NCBI GenBank assembly: GCA_002269645.1
Contig: NIVC01001072.1
Span: forward strand, 1-64,000
Direction of reading: 5' to 3'
Length of the DNA: 64,000 nt
Origin: Macrostomum lignano
Taxonomy: Eukaryota
Shown: piece after piece, positions 11,520 to 23,332 of the stretch
Layout: the number at the start of each line of letters is the position of its first letter
Position numbering within the stretch: position 1 is the stretch's first letter
The notes under the pieces: generated by a model
Told to the model about the DNA's origin: nothing
Database searches by the model: none
Seen by the model: the letters and a program-made list of their open reading frames with translations, nothing else
Translations under genes and position numbers: made by a program

Positions 11520-12135
11520 TGGTACTTGATCCTTTGCTCTTTGATGAGGTATCCGGCGGGCCGAAATCTTTCTGAGATGAAGCTTCGTTGAGAATCGTTG
11601 GGATGTAAATCTGAGAAAAATCTGATGGTGAACTTTCAGAAGTGCCAGTGGAACAAGACGCGAGTGAATTTCTCGGGGTTCGTGGTGGATAACGGAAAAG
11701 TATACCAGAACGAGGACAAGGTTCAAGCCATCAAGAGCATGTCACTACCTAAGAATTTAATGAAGCTGGAGTCCTGGCTCGGGCTTGTCAACTTCTGTGC
11801 CAAGATTTTTTCAAGACATTCAAGACATGACAGCACCGTTGGTTCGTCTGAAGCAGGAGGATGTGGTGTTCCGTTGGGTACCAGCCGAGATGAGCACACA
11901 CCAGATGATACAGCAATCCATTTTCAAAAACACCGTACTGCGACCTCATGACCTCAATCTGCCTTTGAACTGGAAGTAGATGCTTCAGGAATGTCTCTTG
12001 GAGGTGTTCTTAGTCAGGAAGGTCAGCCTCATGTTCTGTTTAAAAGCAAGATTCTATTTCAGGCAGAGACGAAGACGAATTACTCCCAGATAGAGCGGGA
12101 GGCTCTCGCTATCGTGTGTGGAATTCATAATGCCA
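11520..12135 (+). mobile_element. Degenerate Ty3/gypsy LTR-retrotransposon pol fragment (RT C-terminus / RNase H)
   Basis: Frameshifted pieces: KCQWNKTRVNFSGFVV..KVQAIKSMSLPKN..LESWLGLVNF, TAPLVRL, DASGMSLGGVLSQ, YSQIEREALAIV. Confidence 0.8.
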
Positions 12136-14187
12136 CATGTTTCTATGCGCAGCTAGACTGCAGAGATGGGCCATTATCCTGACTGCGTATGATTGAGATA
12201 CATTACCGATCTAAGTGATAGGCCGTGTGGGCCTGTCCGAAGATAGCTTTTAACAAAAGACATGATTTTGAAACAAATTTGCAGTTTTCAAGTTCCGAAA
12301 TTGAAATTGAATACGTCAATTTAGTGCTAAAGAACGGAAAACTTTACCAAAAAATTGCAAGATTTGCAGCGTCTTACGTCAGCTGTTCAAAGTTCGTGTG
12401 CGCCAGCGCCCTTATCGCGTAATCCAGACGAAGGAATGAAAAACAAAAACAAGAGAATTGCATTAAATGCTACTTTCTACTGTTGCTAGCAGTATGTTTG
12501 GACTGTGCTTTAACTTTGAAACAGGTTTGCCGTATTTTAATAATGTTTCTGACATTGAACTTTTTTTCAAATCACTGTACCTCGTGGTTAAGTTTGAACT
12601 GGAGTTTGAAAGAAAGTTAGGAACTGAATGAATTTTTGGGTATTCTATTATGACGTCGTTACCAGTAGCATCATGGTGTCCAGCATACGAAGAAAGTAGC
12701 AAAAAGGCATTGTTACTTTAAGTAAAGCATGAAACTACATCATTAAAGTCTCCAGACATGAGCCCCATCGAGCAACGCGAAGAGTTCATCAGGGTACATT
12801 GTTTAACTGTTGTGCCGCGTGACTTGACTTGACTATTGCTCTGCCCCACCTTTACCAAGGTCAGGGCACCCAACTCGGCCCTACTAAGGGACCTTTCCGA
12901 CGTTTTCAGCTCCAAGAATCTCTGCCAACTCATACACTTACCCTAAAGTTATCGGGCGAGCGACCATCCACCTCCTGGACTCAACGCCACCCCGATGTAT
13001 CCGGATATCCAGAGTCCCCTGCAGCTTAGCCAAGTAAGTCAAGTAGCTATTGCTCTCCCAGCGGACGAGCGTATGTTCGCGTGGATTGTTATGCGTAGCA
13101 CAAGGCAAAGCGTGCGTGTCTTCAGCGTCGATACTGATACAGTGTATGAATTGAACAAGTTAGAAAGTTCTGCATCAGATTCTGTATGTTATTGGTTTTA
13201 TCAAGAAGCGGTGACCTCTCCCTCTCTCAATTTATTATTCGAAGCTGAGAAAGTGATTGGCTAAGATAGTTACGAGTATGATTGGATAGGAAAACACGAA
13301 AAAACGGTAAGTTGCAAGGCTACATGTAAGAACAAAATGTTTGGGACAAGTTAGTTTTGAACTGGAATATACGAGACACTGGAGGCAAACAGTAAATAAG
13401 AACTCTGCAAAGCTGAGTCACTCTTGCTGCAGCTTTAAATGGTACTGACTCAACCAAAAATGATGTCCTAGAAATTTCCAATCCAGAATTAAAGCGCACA
13501 GTCCAATCACAGTTTAGATTAGCAACTGTGCTGCGAAACAATTGAGGACTGCATGATCAAAGATTCCTCACGAGAACAGGACCCGCCCAAAGTGCTAATG
13601 TCAAACGTCGAAAGAATGATTCATAGAATTGTGCAGAAAGCTTACGAAATACAGCACGCAAAAAATAAGAGATTTAAAAAAATTATATTTTGACGCTTCT
13701 GACGTTAAATAGAGTTTTTACCAGTTTTACCATAGTCCATCAAGAAAAGCTTTAGAAAACATTCATTAGCACTAAGAGATTGGAATAATTGAAATTTCTC
13801 TGAAATCCTGCTCTCTTACCAATCTAGTGTAGTTTTTATCGAAACTTCAGCTGGATAAAATATGAAAATGAAAATCTTGAAAGGGGAAATTTTGAAAAGT
13901 AGCGTTCTTATAATCAAGTAGTCCGTTCTTGTCTCTGTCACGTGACCTGGGCACGAATATGGGAGAAATGGAAAAATTTCAAGTTGGCGCTTGAATCCTT
14001 TCGAATCCATCAGTTAGTTTCCCTCGACATTGTACAACGACCTCCGTATTTAAAATGTAATTAAAGTCATGTGATGGGCCTGAAAACCTGAATATCTAAG
14101 AAGCTCTTACATACTTTTCTCTAATTCTGATCATCGGGTCCAAATTGATCGCCATTCCAAAAGAATGCCTGAATATGAGTTCAAGCT

Positions 14188-15892
14188 TCAAACGTCAAGC
14201 TGCGTTGGTCGAGTCTCAGCCTGCACTTGAACTACCTCCCTCACGGCCCCATTTGAGTTGCCAACCTCGGGAACCGCCGAATACCGGACGCGTAGTGGCT
14301 GCCCAGCACCGTCACCGCTGCCCAGCTGGCCGCAGCACCGCCCACAGGCCCGAGAGTCGGCAACGGGTGAAGCAAAAGCAAAGTAGATGATTGGGTTGAG
14401 CACGCTGTGCAGCAGAACGAGGTGGCGCAGCAGCGGCATCAGCTGCGAGTCGGCGAGCAAGCGACCGTTAGAAAATACGTTGGCCAGGATGGCTAGGAGA
14501 TACGGCAACCAGCAGGCTAGGAAGGCGGTTACAACTGTCAGACTCATGTACACCGCCCTGATTTTAGCTCGCGATAGGAGCCGACTGCCGGATGCACGAT
14601 GGACGGTCAAGCGCTGACTAATTACTCCAGTGTTGCTGCTGCTGTGGGCTTCGCTAGCGCAGCTAATGCTATTTGGGTTGGACAGCTCGGCATTGTGGGC
14701 GGCTCGGGTGCGGCGCCAAATTGTTTGTACAATTCGAGTGTAACAATAGACCATGATAGTTGTGGGAATGGCGAACACAAACAACGGTACGTAAAGAACG
14801 TAAACTTTACGCTGCCAATCGGCCGTGTAGCCACTGCTACTACATTGAATAACGCTGACGTTGAATGGGTTGCCTTCAGCGTCAGTTTGTTCTATTGAGA
14901 CCGTCTTGACACGAAAGATTAATAGTTGTGGCGTAGAGAAAAGCAGTGCAGCCAGCCAGCATGCGCCGATGCGGCGGGCAATAAAACTGTTGCTACGAAA
15001 TATTGCGAGCGGTTTAACAATCACCTGTCAGTTGGTTGGTTTGTTGGTTGGTTGGTTGGTTGGTTGGTTGGTTGGTTGGTTGGTTGGTTGGTTGGTTGGT
15101 TGGTTGGTTGTTGGTTGGTTGGTTGGTTGGTTGGTTGGTTGGTTGGTTGGTTGGTTGGTTGGTTTGTTGGTTGGTTGGTTTGTTGGTTGGTTGGTTGGTT
15201 GGTTGGTTGGTTGGTTGGTTGGTTGGTTGGTTGGTTGGTTTGTTGGTTGGTTGGTTGGTTGGTTGGTTTGTTGGTTGGTTGGTTGGTTGGTTGGTTGGTT
15301 GGTTGGTTGGTTGGTTGGTTTATTGGTTGATTGGTTGGTTTATTGGTTGGTTGGTTGGTTTGTTGGTTGGTTTGTTGGTTGGTTGGTTTGTTGGTTGGTT
15401 GGTTTGTTGGTTGGTTTGTTGGTTGGTTGGTTGGTTTGTTGGTTGGTTGGTTGGTGGCTGTAAAGTTAAATCTGTAAAGCTGATGCTGATCCTACCTCAA
15501 AGCGATCAATGCTCATAGCCACCAGCAGAAAAGCGGTGGACGCCAGGCACACAAACTGCGTGTAGACAGTCATCTTACACATGACGACGCCTAGAGTCCA
15601 TTGACCAAACACCGTAAATAGCAGCTCTCCCGTGCAGACTACCGAACCCACAGCCAAATCACCAACGGCCAAGTTCAGTAGGAAGCAATTGAGGCGAAGG
15701 ATTCGGCCAGTTTGACGTCGGGCTCGACGAATGTGTGCTACAAGTAGAGCGTTGCCGCACAGAGTCGTAAGCATAATCGCGCCTAGGAGAGCCAACGTGC
15801 CAACAGACTGCTTGCTCAGATGGTACTCGTAGACGACTGGTCCGCTAGCATTTCGTGAACTGTGTTGATTGATGGAATAAGTGTGTTTTCAT
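14188..15892 (-). CDS. Rhodopsin-class neuropeptide GPCR of the vasopressin/oxytocin-GnRH-CCAP superfamily, 2 exons
   Basis: Exon 1 ends at 15496 (GN, NLAVGDL, MSIDRFE|GTAGG); intron 15025-15495; exon 2 is 14188-15024 ([24 protein letters not shown]), phase 0. The start is uncertain: ATG 15892 is one base out of frame. Confidence 0.85.
15031..15455. repeat. (GGTT)n microsatellite filling the GPCR intron
   Basis: About 100 GGTT units with GTTT variants, lying between the splice sites. Confidence 0.95.
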
Positions 15893-18289
15893 CTACTGAC
15901 GGTATCGTTTCCTGTCTTGCATGTAAATTTTTGGTAATTGTTTAACCTTTGGTGAATAAATCAGTCATTGAAGAAAGAGTCTGAGTATGATTATAGGTCT
16001 CAGTAGCGCATGAAAACGTGCTTGCACAAAAGATAAAGCTATTAAGTCTCATATGCAAGTCCTAAACATGTATCCTATACATGCAGTACTAAAAATAGTT
16101 CCAATTATACTCACCGGTTTAGCAGCTCCAACTCTTGCATGTCTGCTACCAAGTGATACTTTGACCACTTCCTACTTTGAACTATTATAGTGGGTGGTGT
16201 TAACAAACTCAGTAAGTACACTGATGCGGGAGAAATTCCGGGCAGATAATTTTTCTGTAGACTAGAAATAAGTCTCTAATTTAGCTACTCTGCTTTTGTA
16301 GCCTGATATTTGGACAGTCAGCTTCCCCAAGAGGCTGAGCTCAATGCAGCCAATAAGCAAGCTTTCCATCGTTTTTGCCTTTCCATCGATGGCTCTAGTT
16401 TTGAGTCGAGTTTCGTTGCGCCTGCCTTCTATTCATTATGCACCATTGCTTTCTGGGAGAACAACCAAAATCAAGTCCCACTTAGTTACCGGCATGAAAC
16501 GGAAACTCTTTAGATTCTCTCATATAGAACTTCATGGGAAACTCAGTTTTGCTCTGAAAGATAACTCAACTTTAATTGGCATGAGCCAAGAATAAGAGCC
16601 TCCGACAGATTCTCGTACATGTAGACATTTGAGTCGCCAAGTGTCAATCCGAATTTCTCGCGAACAGAACGAAACGGATCCCGACAATTTGCTTTTCATG
16701 CCTATTATGAAGAGAGATTGCACTGTCCTGTAGATGATTTCGCGCTTGTAGTTTCTGACCTCTGCCACTTAATTTGGTCTACAGTCATTTTTTTCTTTGA
16801 CGATTTTGCTCCTGATTTGATTGGAACCACAGAAGATACACGGAATTCTCCCTGATTTTTTCTGCTGCACTAGCAACGCAGGCACACGAAATTCAAGAAG
16901 GCAGAACAACTGTCTGTTACGCACCTTCTCAAACCCTTGAGAAGGTGCGTATGGTTGCCAGCCCTCTGGACCGTCGAGATATTCAACAATTCAGTGTACC
17001 CCGGAGCGCCAAAACAGCACTGCGCCTCAGTGCGGCCTTGCTAAGCTTCTGAATTTCATCAGCCACGTTGAGCACATCTGTTTACATTAGCTCTGACTTC
17101 GTTGGTCACGTACTGGCCTTCACCCAGGCGGAGCTTCTGGACCTTCAGCAGGTGGCACCAGGTGACACCCTGTACGGAATTTCTCAAGTTTCGTTGATCA
17201 AGCCTTGACAGCAAACTTCAACTGTCGGAAATCCTCAGCTAGTCTCTCGAACATTCCGTCATCTCTCCGATGCTGTCGGCAGCGAGTCAGCGCGTGTATC
17301 GTGCCCACAGACCAATGAATATAACTAGACCCGACCCGTGCACCTCCTACATGTAATCCCCATCTTTTGAGACAGAAAATCTGTGTAAAAATAGTCATTC
17401 AGATTCCACTAACTGTGAGGAACTGTATATAAAGTCCAATAAATGACTTGAATATTGAAACTATATCACGTATACTTTTTGGACTCGAAGCCCGTATTCG
17501 TGCGTGTTAGAGATGTAACTGCACTCAAACATGTTTTCATACAGTGTCTATAGTCTACCTTTCGCTTAGGTGTTGAGCAGCAGCCTCAAAAAAGTAATTC
17601 CTAACCATGTATCTCAATAAAAGCAACTTAATCTAGCATGCTTCGCTGCTGTCTGATAAAAATTGTTTTTCAACTACAGTTGGGTTCGCGAGGAAAGGCT
17701 CAAATCTCGCGAGACCCTCGCGAGATTTCGCGAGAATCTGTGTGTAACTCTCTCTCCATTGGCTGAGCGTTTATTGAGCTTGTAGGCTGAATCGAGAGAG
17801 AAAACCCCCTGGGGATGGGGATAATTGGGGTTGGTGCATGCATGGTGTGCGAAATGGGGTGTAGGGCTCGTACGAGCTCACAGAGATTTGCTTGATATAT
17901 TTCGGAGTGTAGTTATATAAATAGTCTCAAAGCAGTGAAAATTTTTGCCTATAAAGTTGCATACTAAGATTCTCGTAATCGTTATACAATTAATTTTAAA
18001 TTAGAATTTTGAGATTTTTGTTGAATAACAGCAATGAGTACTTTGATGTTAACATTAATGTAAAAAATTCATTAATTCCAGCGAAGTGAAAAATTTGCGT
18101 TTTTTGCAGTTTACAATGTTAATTACAAAATAAGTAGTGAGCAACATGACAATGGAGGGATAATATAGTGTGCACCGTCAAGGGTTTCCAGTTCATTCAT
18201 CTGCCGACAGTTCGTCTTGTAAAACAAAATATTTTACAATATACACCTAAAATAAGAAAGCTTAACTAAAAACCCAATCTCGAACTTCC

Positions 18290-18665
18290 TGAGTGTGAGC
18301 GAGTGAGAGAGTGAGTGTGAGCGAGTGAGTGACTGTGAGTGAGTGTGAGCGAGTGAGAGAGTGAGTGTGAGCGAGTGACTGACTGTGAGTGAGTGTGAGC
18401 GAGTGAGTGACTGTGAGCGACTGAGTGAGTGTGAGTGAGTGAGTGTGAGCGAGTGAGTGAGTGAGTGTGAGCGAGTGGGTGAGTGTGAGCGCGAGTGGGT
18501 GAGTGTGAGCGACTGAGTGAGTGTGAGTGAGTGAGTGTGAGCGAGTGGGTGAGTGTGAGCGCGAGTGGGTGAGTGTGAGCGACTGAGTGAGTGTGAGTGA
18601 GTGAGTGTGAGCGAGTGAGTGAGTGAGTGTGAGCGAGTGGGTGAGTGTGAGTGAGAGAGTGAGTG
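18290..18665. repeat. (GAGT/GTGA)-type compound microsatellite
   Basis: Iterated GAGTGAGTGTGAGC units. Confidence 0.95.
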
Positions 18666-20074
18666 ATTGAAGTTAATTTGCAAGCTAAGTGATTATAGTG
18701 AGTTCTTTGCGTGCTGTTTTTATCGCTATACAAACCGAAACAATAGGCCAAAAGTTGGAACTGAAAAAGACTGACAAAAGATGACGATATGTGACTTTTA
18801 AGGTGAGCTGTTATTAATAGATTTTTATCACAATGCAAGCCAGTCAGTTATTTAGACTATAGTCTGCTTTTCAATCGTACCAGTAGGCCAAAATTGAAAA
18901 AAAGTTACTCTATAGGGTTGGCTTGTGTGTAACGATCCACAACTAGTCACAATCAATGCACATAAGGAGAAAAGGGGCTTGACGACAGTGACCATAAATT
19001 AACTCTGCTCATTCAAGCTTGAATTGACAGCAACCCCGCCCACCTTTTCGAAGTCCCAAAGTCTGAACCATGGAGCACGGTATTTGCAGTAGACTGTTAT
19101 AGTTTGATCCCCATTCTCCATTTGTTCAGAGAATAAGAGGCTTGGCTGACTTCGGACTATTAGAATACTTTATTCGGACTATCGTAAAATGGAAAATGCT
19201 CTTAAAATGCTCTGTGGACAAATAAATGACTCACTCACCCTGGTGAAGGATTGAAACGGAGAAGGCGAGCATCATAGCTTGCTTTGCCTCAAACCGGCTA
19301 ATAGGACTGGGTAGTAATAATGCCTGTCGGTATACACCAACAAGAGGGTGCCTTAGCTCCGAGAACACCCACCCCATGGCCCCGCACCGAGCAAACTACG
19401 AGCGTAGCTGAGTCCCCGTGTTACAAACAAGAAGCAGGCAAACAAGCTTAAAATCCTGAGGGAAGTCATGACTGTAACATGACAGCGGGCAGTACGGAAA
19501 AATATTATCTATAAATTTGTTGCACATCTGAACAGCCAGTAGCTTCCAGAATTCTTCAATTCCATCGGCCAGTGCAAGCCGTCTTTGGCTTGATCTTCTT
19601 TTCCAGATGATCCTTGAGGTGGCTCCACAGAATAGCCGAATGGGTTGATTTTTCAACTTTATCATCTGGCAATACTGTGTTGTTCTACGAACCCAACCCA
19701 GCAGTCGCCGAATTCTCTTCATTTCATCTTCATCTCTTCATCTTCAGATAGAGAGGCGCAAACCAAACTTTAATGTCACCCTACTGCACAAGTCTTGAGC
19801 TTAAACTTGGCCCATGGCGTCAAGCAGCGCATCGATGAAGCCCCCATTTTCGGGGAAGATTTTATCCTTGCTAATTTTTGTCCTTGACAGAGTAGGATGG
19901 CGCCTGATGGCACGCCGGGAGACCTGAATTTCGCTACTAATTTCAGCTACACTTCTTTTCTCTAAGTAAAACTTTGACAGGAGATCAATACGCTGCTTGT
20001 CCGTCAGGCGACGTCCAATCTCCATTTGCAAGCTTCGTGAAATTGCTGTTAGTCTTCCTATTAGCTGTGTCAGA

Positions 20075-20245
20075 CAGGCGCGGATCCAGAAAATTTTTGA
20101 GGGGGGGGGCAACTATAGATATACCAAACACTACAACCCCATATTGGAAAGTAGACCTGGCATAGTAGCAGGCCAAAAAAGTATGATCAAAATTTCTTTG
20201 GCCGCGGCCATGGCCCCCTTGGCCCCCCCTCTGGATCTGCCCCTG
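20075..20245. mobile_element. hAT-type MITE (171 bp) nested in the Tc1 element
   Basis: TIRs CAGGCGCGGATCCAG / CTGGATCTGCCCCTG; perfect 8-bp TSD GTGTCAGA (20067-20074, 20246-20253). Confidence 0.9.
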
Positions 20246-21079
20246 GTGTCAGACAATGTATTTTCGATGGGGAAAAACAAGAAAGGGTTTGCCATAAAAA
20301 ACTATGAGAAACTGTTAAGGTGGACGCCGAAAAAGCGGGCAACCTCAATAAACAACCCACCTCAAACAGCGCTCAATCTTACTCTCCCCAGTTAATAGCT
20401 CAGCCAATGACGAACGAGTTACACACAGATTCTCGCGGGACCCCTCGCGAGATCTCGCGAGAATTGAGCCTTTCCTCGCGAACCCAACTGTACCTGGACT
20501 AGGAACTATGATTGTCTGCTACATCTCTGAGTAACATCTCTGCTTCGAAAATCCGATTTAAAAGTCAAATCACCGAGTCAATATGCTTCCCAGTTTCCCA
20601 TGCAATCTGTAGAGCACTGATTACCTGGGTGAAAATAACAAAATATCTGATCCTCGAGACAGCAAGAAAAAATATCTGTTTTGAACTTTCCGGATCGGAG
20701 CTGAGCTGATCCGGGAATTCCTAGCGGAATCAGCTGTATCCTTGGGGATTTATTCCCATGCTGAATACGGATTAAAGAAAGAAAGCATCTATTCTGGTCA
20801 AGCAATAATTCATCAGTATGTTTCCGATTTTTCCTCTTCATTTCTTTAGAAGCGCATTCGAATAAAAACAGGAAATGTGATGACCTTTCTTCTACAACCA
20901 TTTGAGCTAAAAACTACTCATACTTGAGTGCAGACCGCTCAACAAAGTCGCGTGATAGCTTTTTTATCTTTTTCAAAAGTATTCTGCTGTTAAACAAGAT
21001 TTCAGGCAACTGTTCTTGGGGTAGAGACAATTTGTTTCGGTAGTCTATCATTGCTCTATAATATACATAAATATTTATA

Positions 21080-21703
21080 CTCAGCAACAGTCAAAAGTTC
21101 CACCCTCTAAGCGAGATGAATTTTCTCACTTTTCGAGTGACGCAACTTACGGCACGCGCGAGTCTTATTGCCACTTGAATTGACCAGGATAACAATAACG
21201 CACCACCACACCGAGCCGATGCTGTTAGTCAACTAAAAGAACAGCTACAGCTGAGCACTCTGCGCTGGCCTTCCCGGTCCCCAGACATGAATCCCATCGA
21301 GCATGTCTCGTGAGACTTTCCAAAACGCAGCATTCGAAAAGAGAATCCACCACAGAATGTTGCGGAGCTGCGTCATGCCATTGAAACCGCTTGGCAGCAG
21401 CTTCCCCCGGACTTTCTGCGCCGCCTCATCCTGGGGATGCCGCGCAGAGTCGCCGGCGCCGCACTTCTGCGTGCGAAGGGATCCCACACGCGTTAGTAAG
21501 TATTGCGATTCTAACTGCTTATATTGCATAAAAAATAAACTTATGATTTTGTGCGACTGACGTTAGATTCGATCAACTTTCCTTTCCTCGCGGCTGCTTA
21601 GTTTCGTAACTTCAGGGTTGAATTGTGATGAGTGAGAAGTTGTCGCAATAAGTAAGAAAATTTTCATCTCGCTTGGAGAGTGGAACTTTTGACTGTTGCT
21701 GAG
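21080..21703 (+). mobile_element. Internally deleted Tc1 (DD34E-type) element
   Basis: ~55-bp TIRs TA|CTCAGCAACAGTCAAAAGTTCCAC. The interior encodes only the C-terminus, QDN..APPHRA...WPSRSPDMNPIEHV*...AWQQL...MPRRV, with a stop. Confidence 0.85.
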
Positions 21704-22029
21704 TATATTCGTTAAAACAAATGCATGGTTCTCTAAACCCCTTTCTAAAATGGGTGAATATCTTATCGATTTTTTTAGTTGGAAGTTGAATGATTCAGGC
21801 TCTAACCGTTAAGACTCGCTTAACATTCTAAGCTTTCTAACATTTCATCCAGCGCCTAAGTGGAGTGGGGTGGGTGAGCGTGTTATCGATTTTTGCTTGG
21901 CTTTACCCCGTACAAGTTTTCGCTAAACCCTCGTAAGTGTTTACGAGCTAATTGGCATCGACGCTTGTGCGTGAGGAGGGGGTGAAGTGAATATTATCGA
22001 TTTTTGCGTTGGGCAACAACTCATCTACA

Positions 22030-22396
22030 TAAGGGGGGCCGAAGCCCAGCGGTAGCGCAGCTGCTCTGGTGTGCCAGCGACCCAGGCTCGATTCCAAGTG
22101 CAGTCACATCAATTTGGGGCTGAATTGGAATCTCGGCTTGGCTCTGCTCGTGCAATTAACGGCCTTGAGAGCCAACCCCCAAGGCGCAGTGAAGTGTACA
22201 TGCCTAACGATAATATAAAGTTGGGGCCGCTGTACACTCCTGTGTGAGTGTGTGCCTGCGTACGTATCCGCGCGCTTGTATGCCTGCTCAGGGGAGTCGG
22301 CGGAATGGGCAGTAATGCCTCTCGCCGGTTGTGTGCCTATGTCTCTTAAAGTGCGCCAGGGTGCACACAACCAACCCCCCTGCCTCTAATAAAAAA
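22030..22396 (+). mobile_element. tRNA-derived SINE, copy 1
   Basis: Head with box A-like AGCCCAGCGG and box B-like GGCTCGATTCC; A-tail 22388-22398; 12-bp TSD AACTCATCTACA (22018-22029, 22397-22408); second copy at 48.7-49.1 kb. Confidence 0.8.
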
Positions 22397-23118
22397 AACT
22401 CATCTACACAACCCCCCACGCTAGAGAAACCCCACATTTTATGGCTTTAGCTGTAGTGCCATAGGTATGGACCCAAATTAAAATGAGTTGTCACTTTTAT
22501 TGCCTTAAATCACCTATGTCTCCATTCACTGACTTTAGCTGTTATTACTCTAGTATATTGTGTTTGCTCTAAGATAGGAAAATTAGGCTACGTGATAAAA
22601 ATGATTAATCAGTCTGGATCTTAAACCCACACTACTCTCCTAAATTCCAAAGCTTGCCAACATTGCCATCGATTTTGTCCAGTTTTTCTAACTAGTGATG
22701 AGATTTTGTGGGATTTTTTGCTGGCGTTGTGAATTCGAACCAGCCTTTGGCGTTGAACACGGGAGCACCCCAACTGCCAGCCGACAACTGCCAGCCGGAA
22801 AACTGCCAGCCGACAACTGCCAGTCGACAACTGCCAGCCGACAACTGCCAGCCGACAACTGCCAGTCGACAATTGCCAGTCGACAATTGCCAGCCGAGAA
22901 AACTTCCAGCCGGAAAACTGCCAGCCGACAACTGCCAGCCGAGAAATCTGCCAGCCAACAACTGCCAGCCGACAAGTACTAGCTAATTGAATCTACTGTA
23001 GCCTACTTATTAGCTAAGTAAAAAGCACGAAACTGTTTGGCTAGCAAAAGGCTTGTGGGGTAGCCTTACATGTCGCCCTTCCCTTTCCTAATTTTTTCAG
23101 ATTTTCATTAGAAGTATA

Positions 23119-23311
23119 TATGTGAAGGAGAAGGCATTCTGTAATGCCTATTGTAAATATTTCTGTATTGATTACATTATTATTTAATTTGCGATTGCTA
23201 TATGACGCAATCCTAGATAAGTCTATTAAATTACTTTACTTAAATAAAGCTTTCAAAGAAAGAGCAAAAGGCTACATAAATTCGAAATTTGAATGCCTTC
23301 TCCTTCATATA
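23119..23311. mobile_element. Small MITE with ~21-bp TIRs in a TA context
   Basis: TATGTGAAGGAGAAGGCATTC ... GAATGCCTTCTCCTTCATATA. Confidence 0.7.
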
Positions 23312-23332
23312 CGATATACGAAGCTGCTGAGG

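Larger units (their letters stand above)
17677..20490 (-). mobile_element. Decayed Tc1-like element with ~95-bp TIRs and TA TSD
   Basis: TA|CAGTTGGGTTCGCGAGG...CCTCGCGAACCCAACTG|TA. Minus-strand remnants: N-terminal HTH MEIGRRLTDKQRIDLL (ATG 20025) and C-terminal LWSHLKDHLEKKIKPKT / GIEEFWKLL..MCNKFIDNIF (~19490-19650). The catalytic core is largely missing. Confidence 0.8.

Noticed and set aside
12720-13020. Possible LINE endonuclease remnant (DVFSSKNLCQLIHLP*)
   Set aside because: Only a short, stop-containing resemblance; too weak to call without a search.
14861-15518. ORFs of 134-200 aa rich in WLVG
   Set aside because: Translations of the (GGTT)n intron microsatellite. It is also not a TTAGGG-type telomeric repeat.
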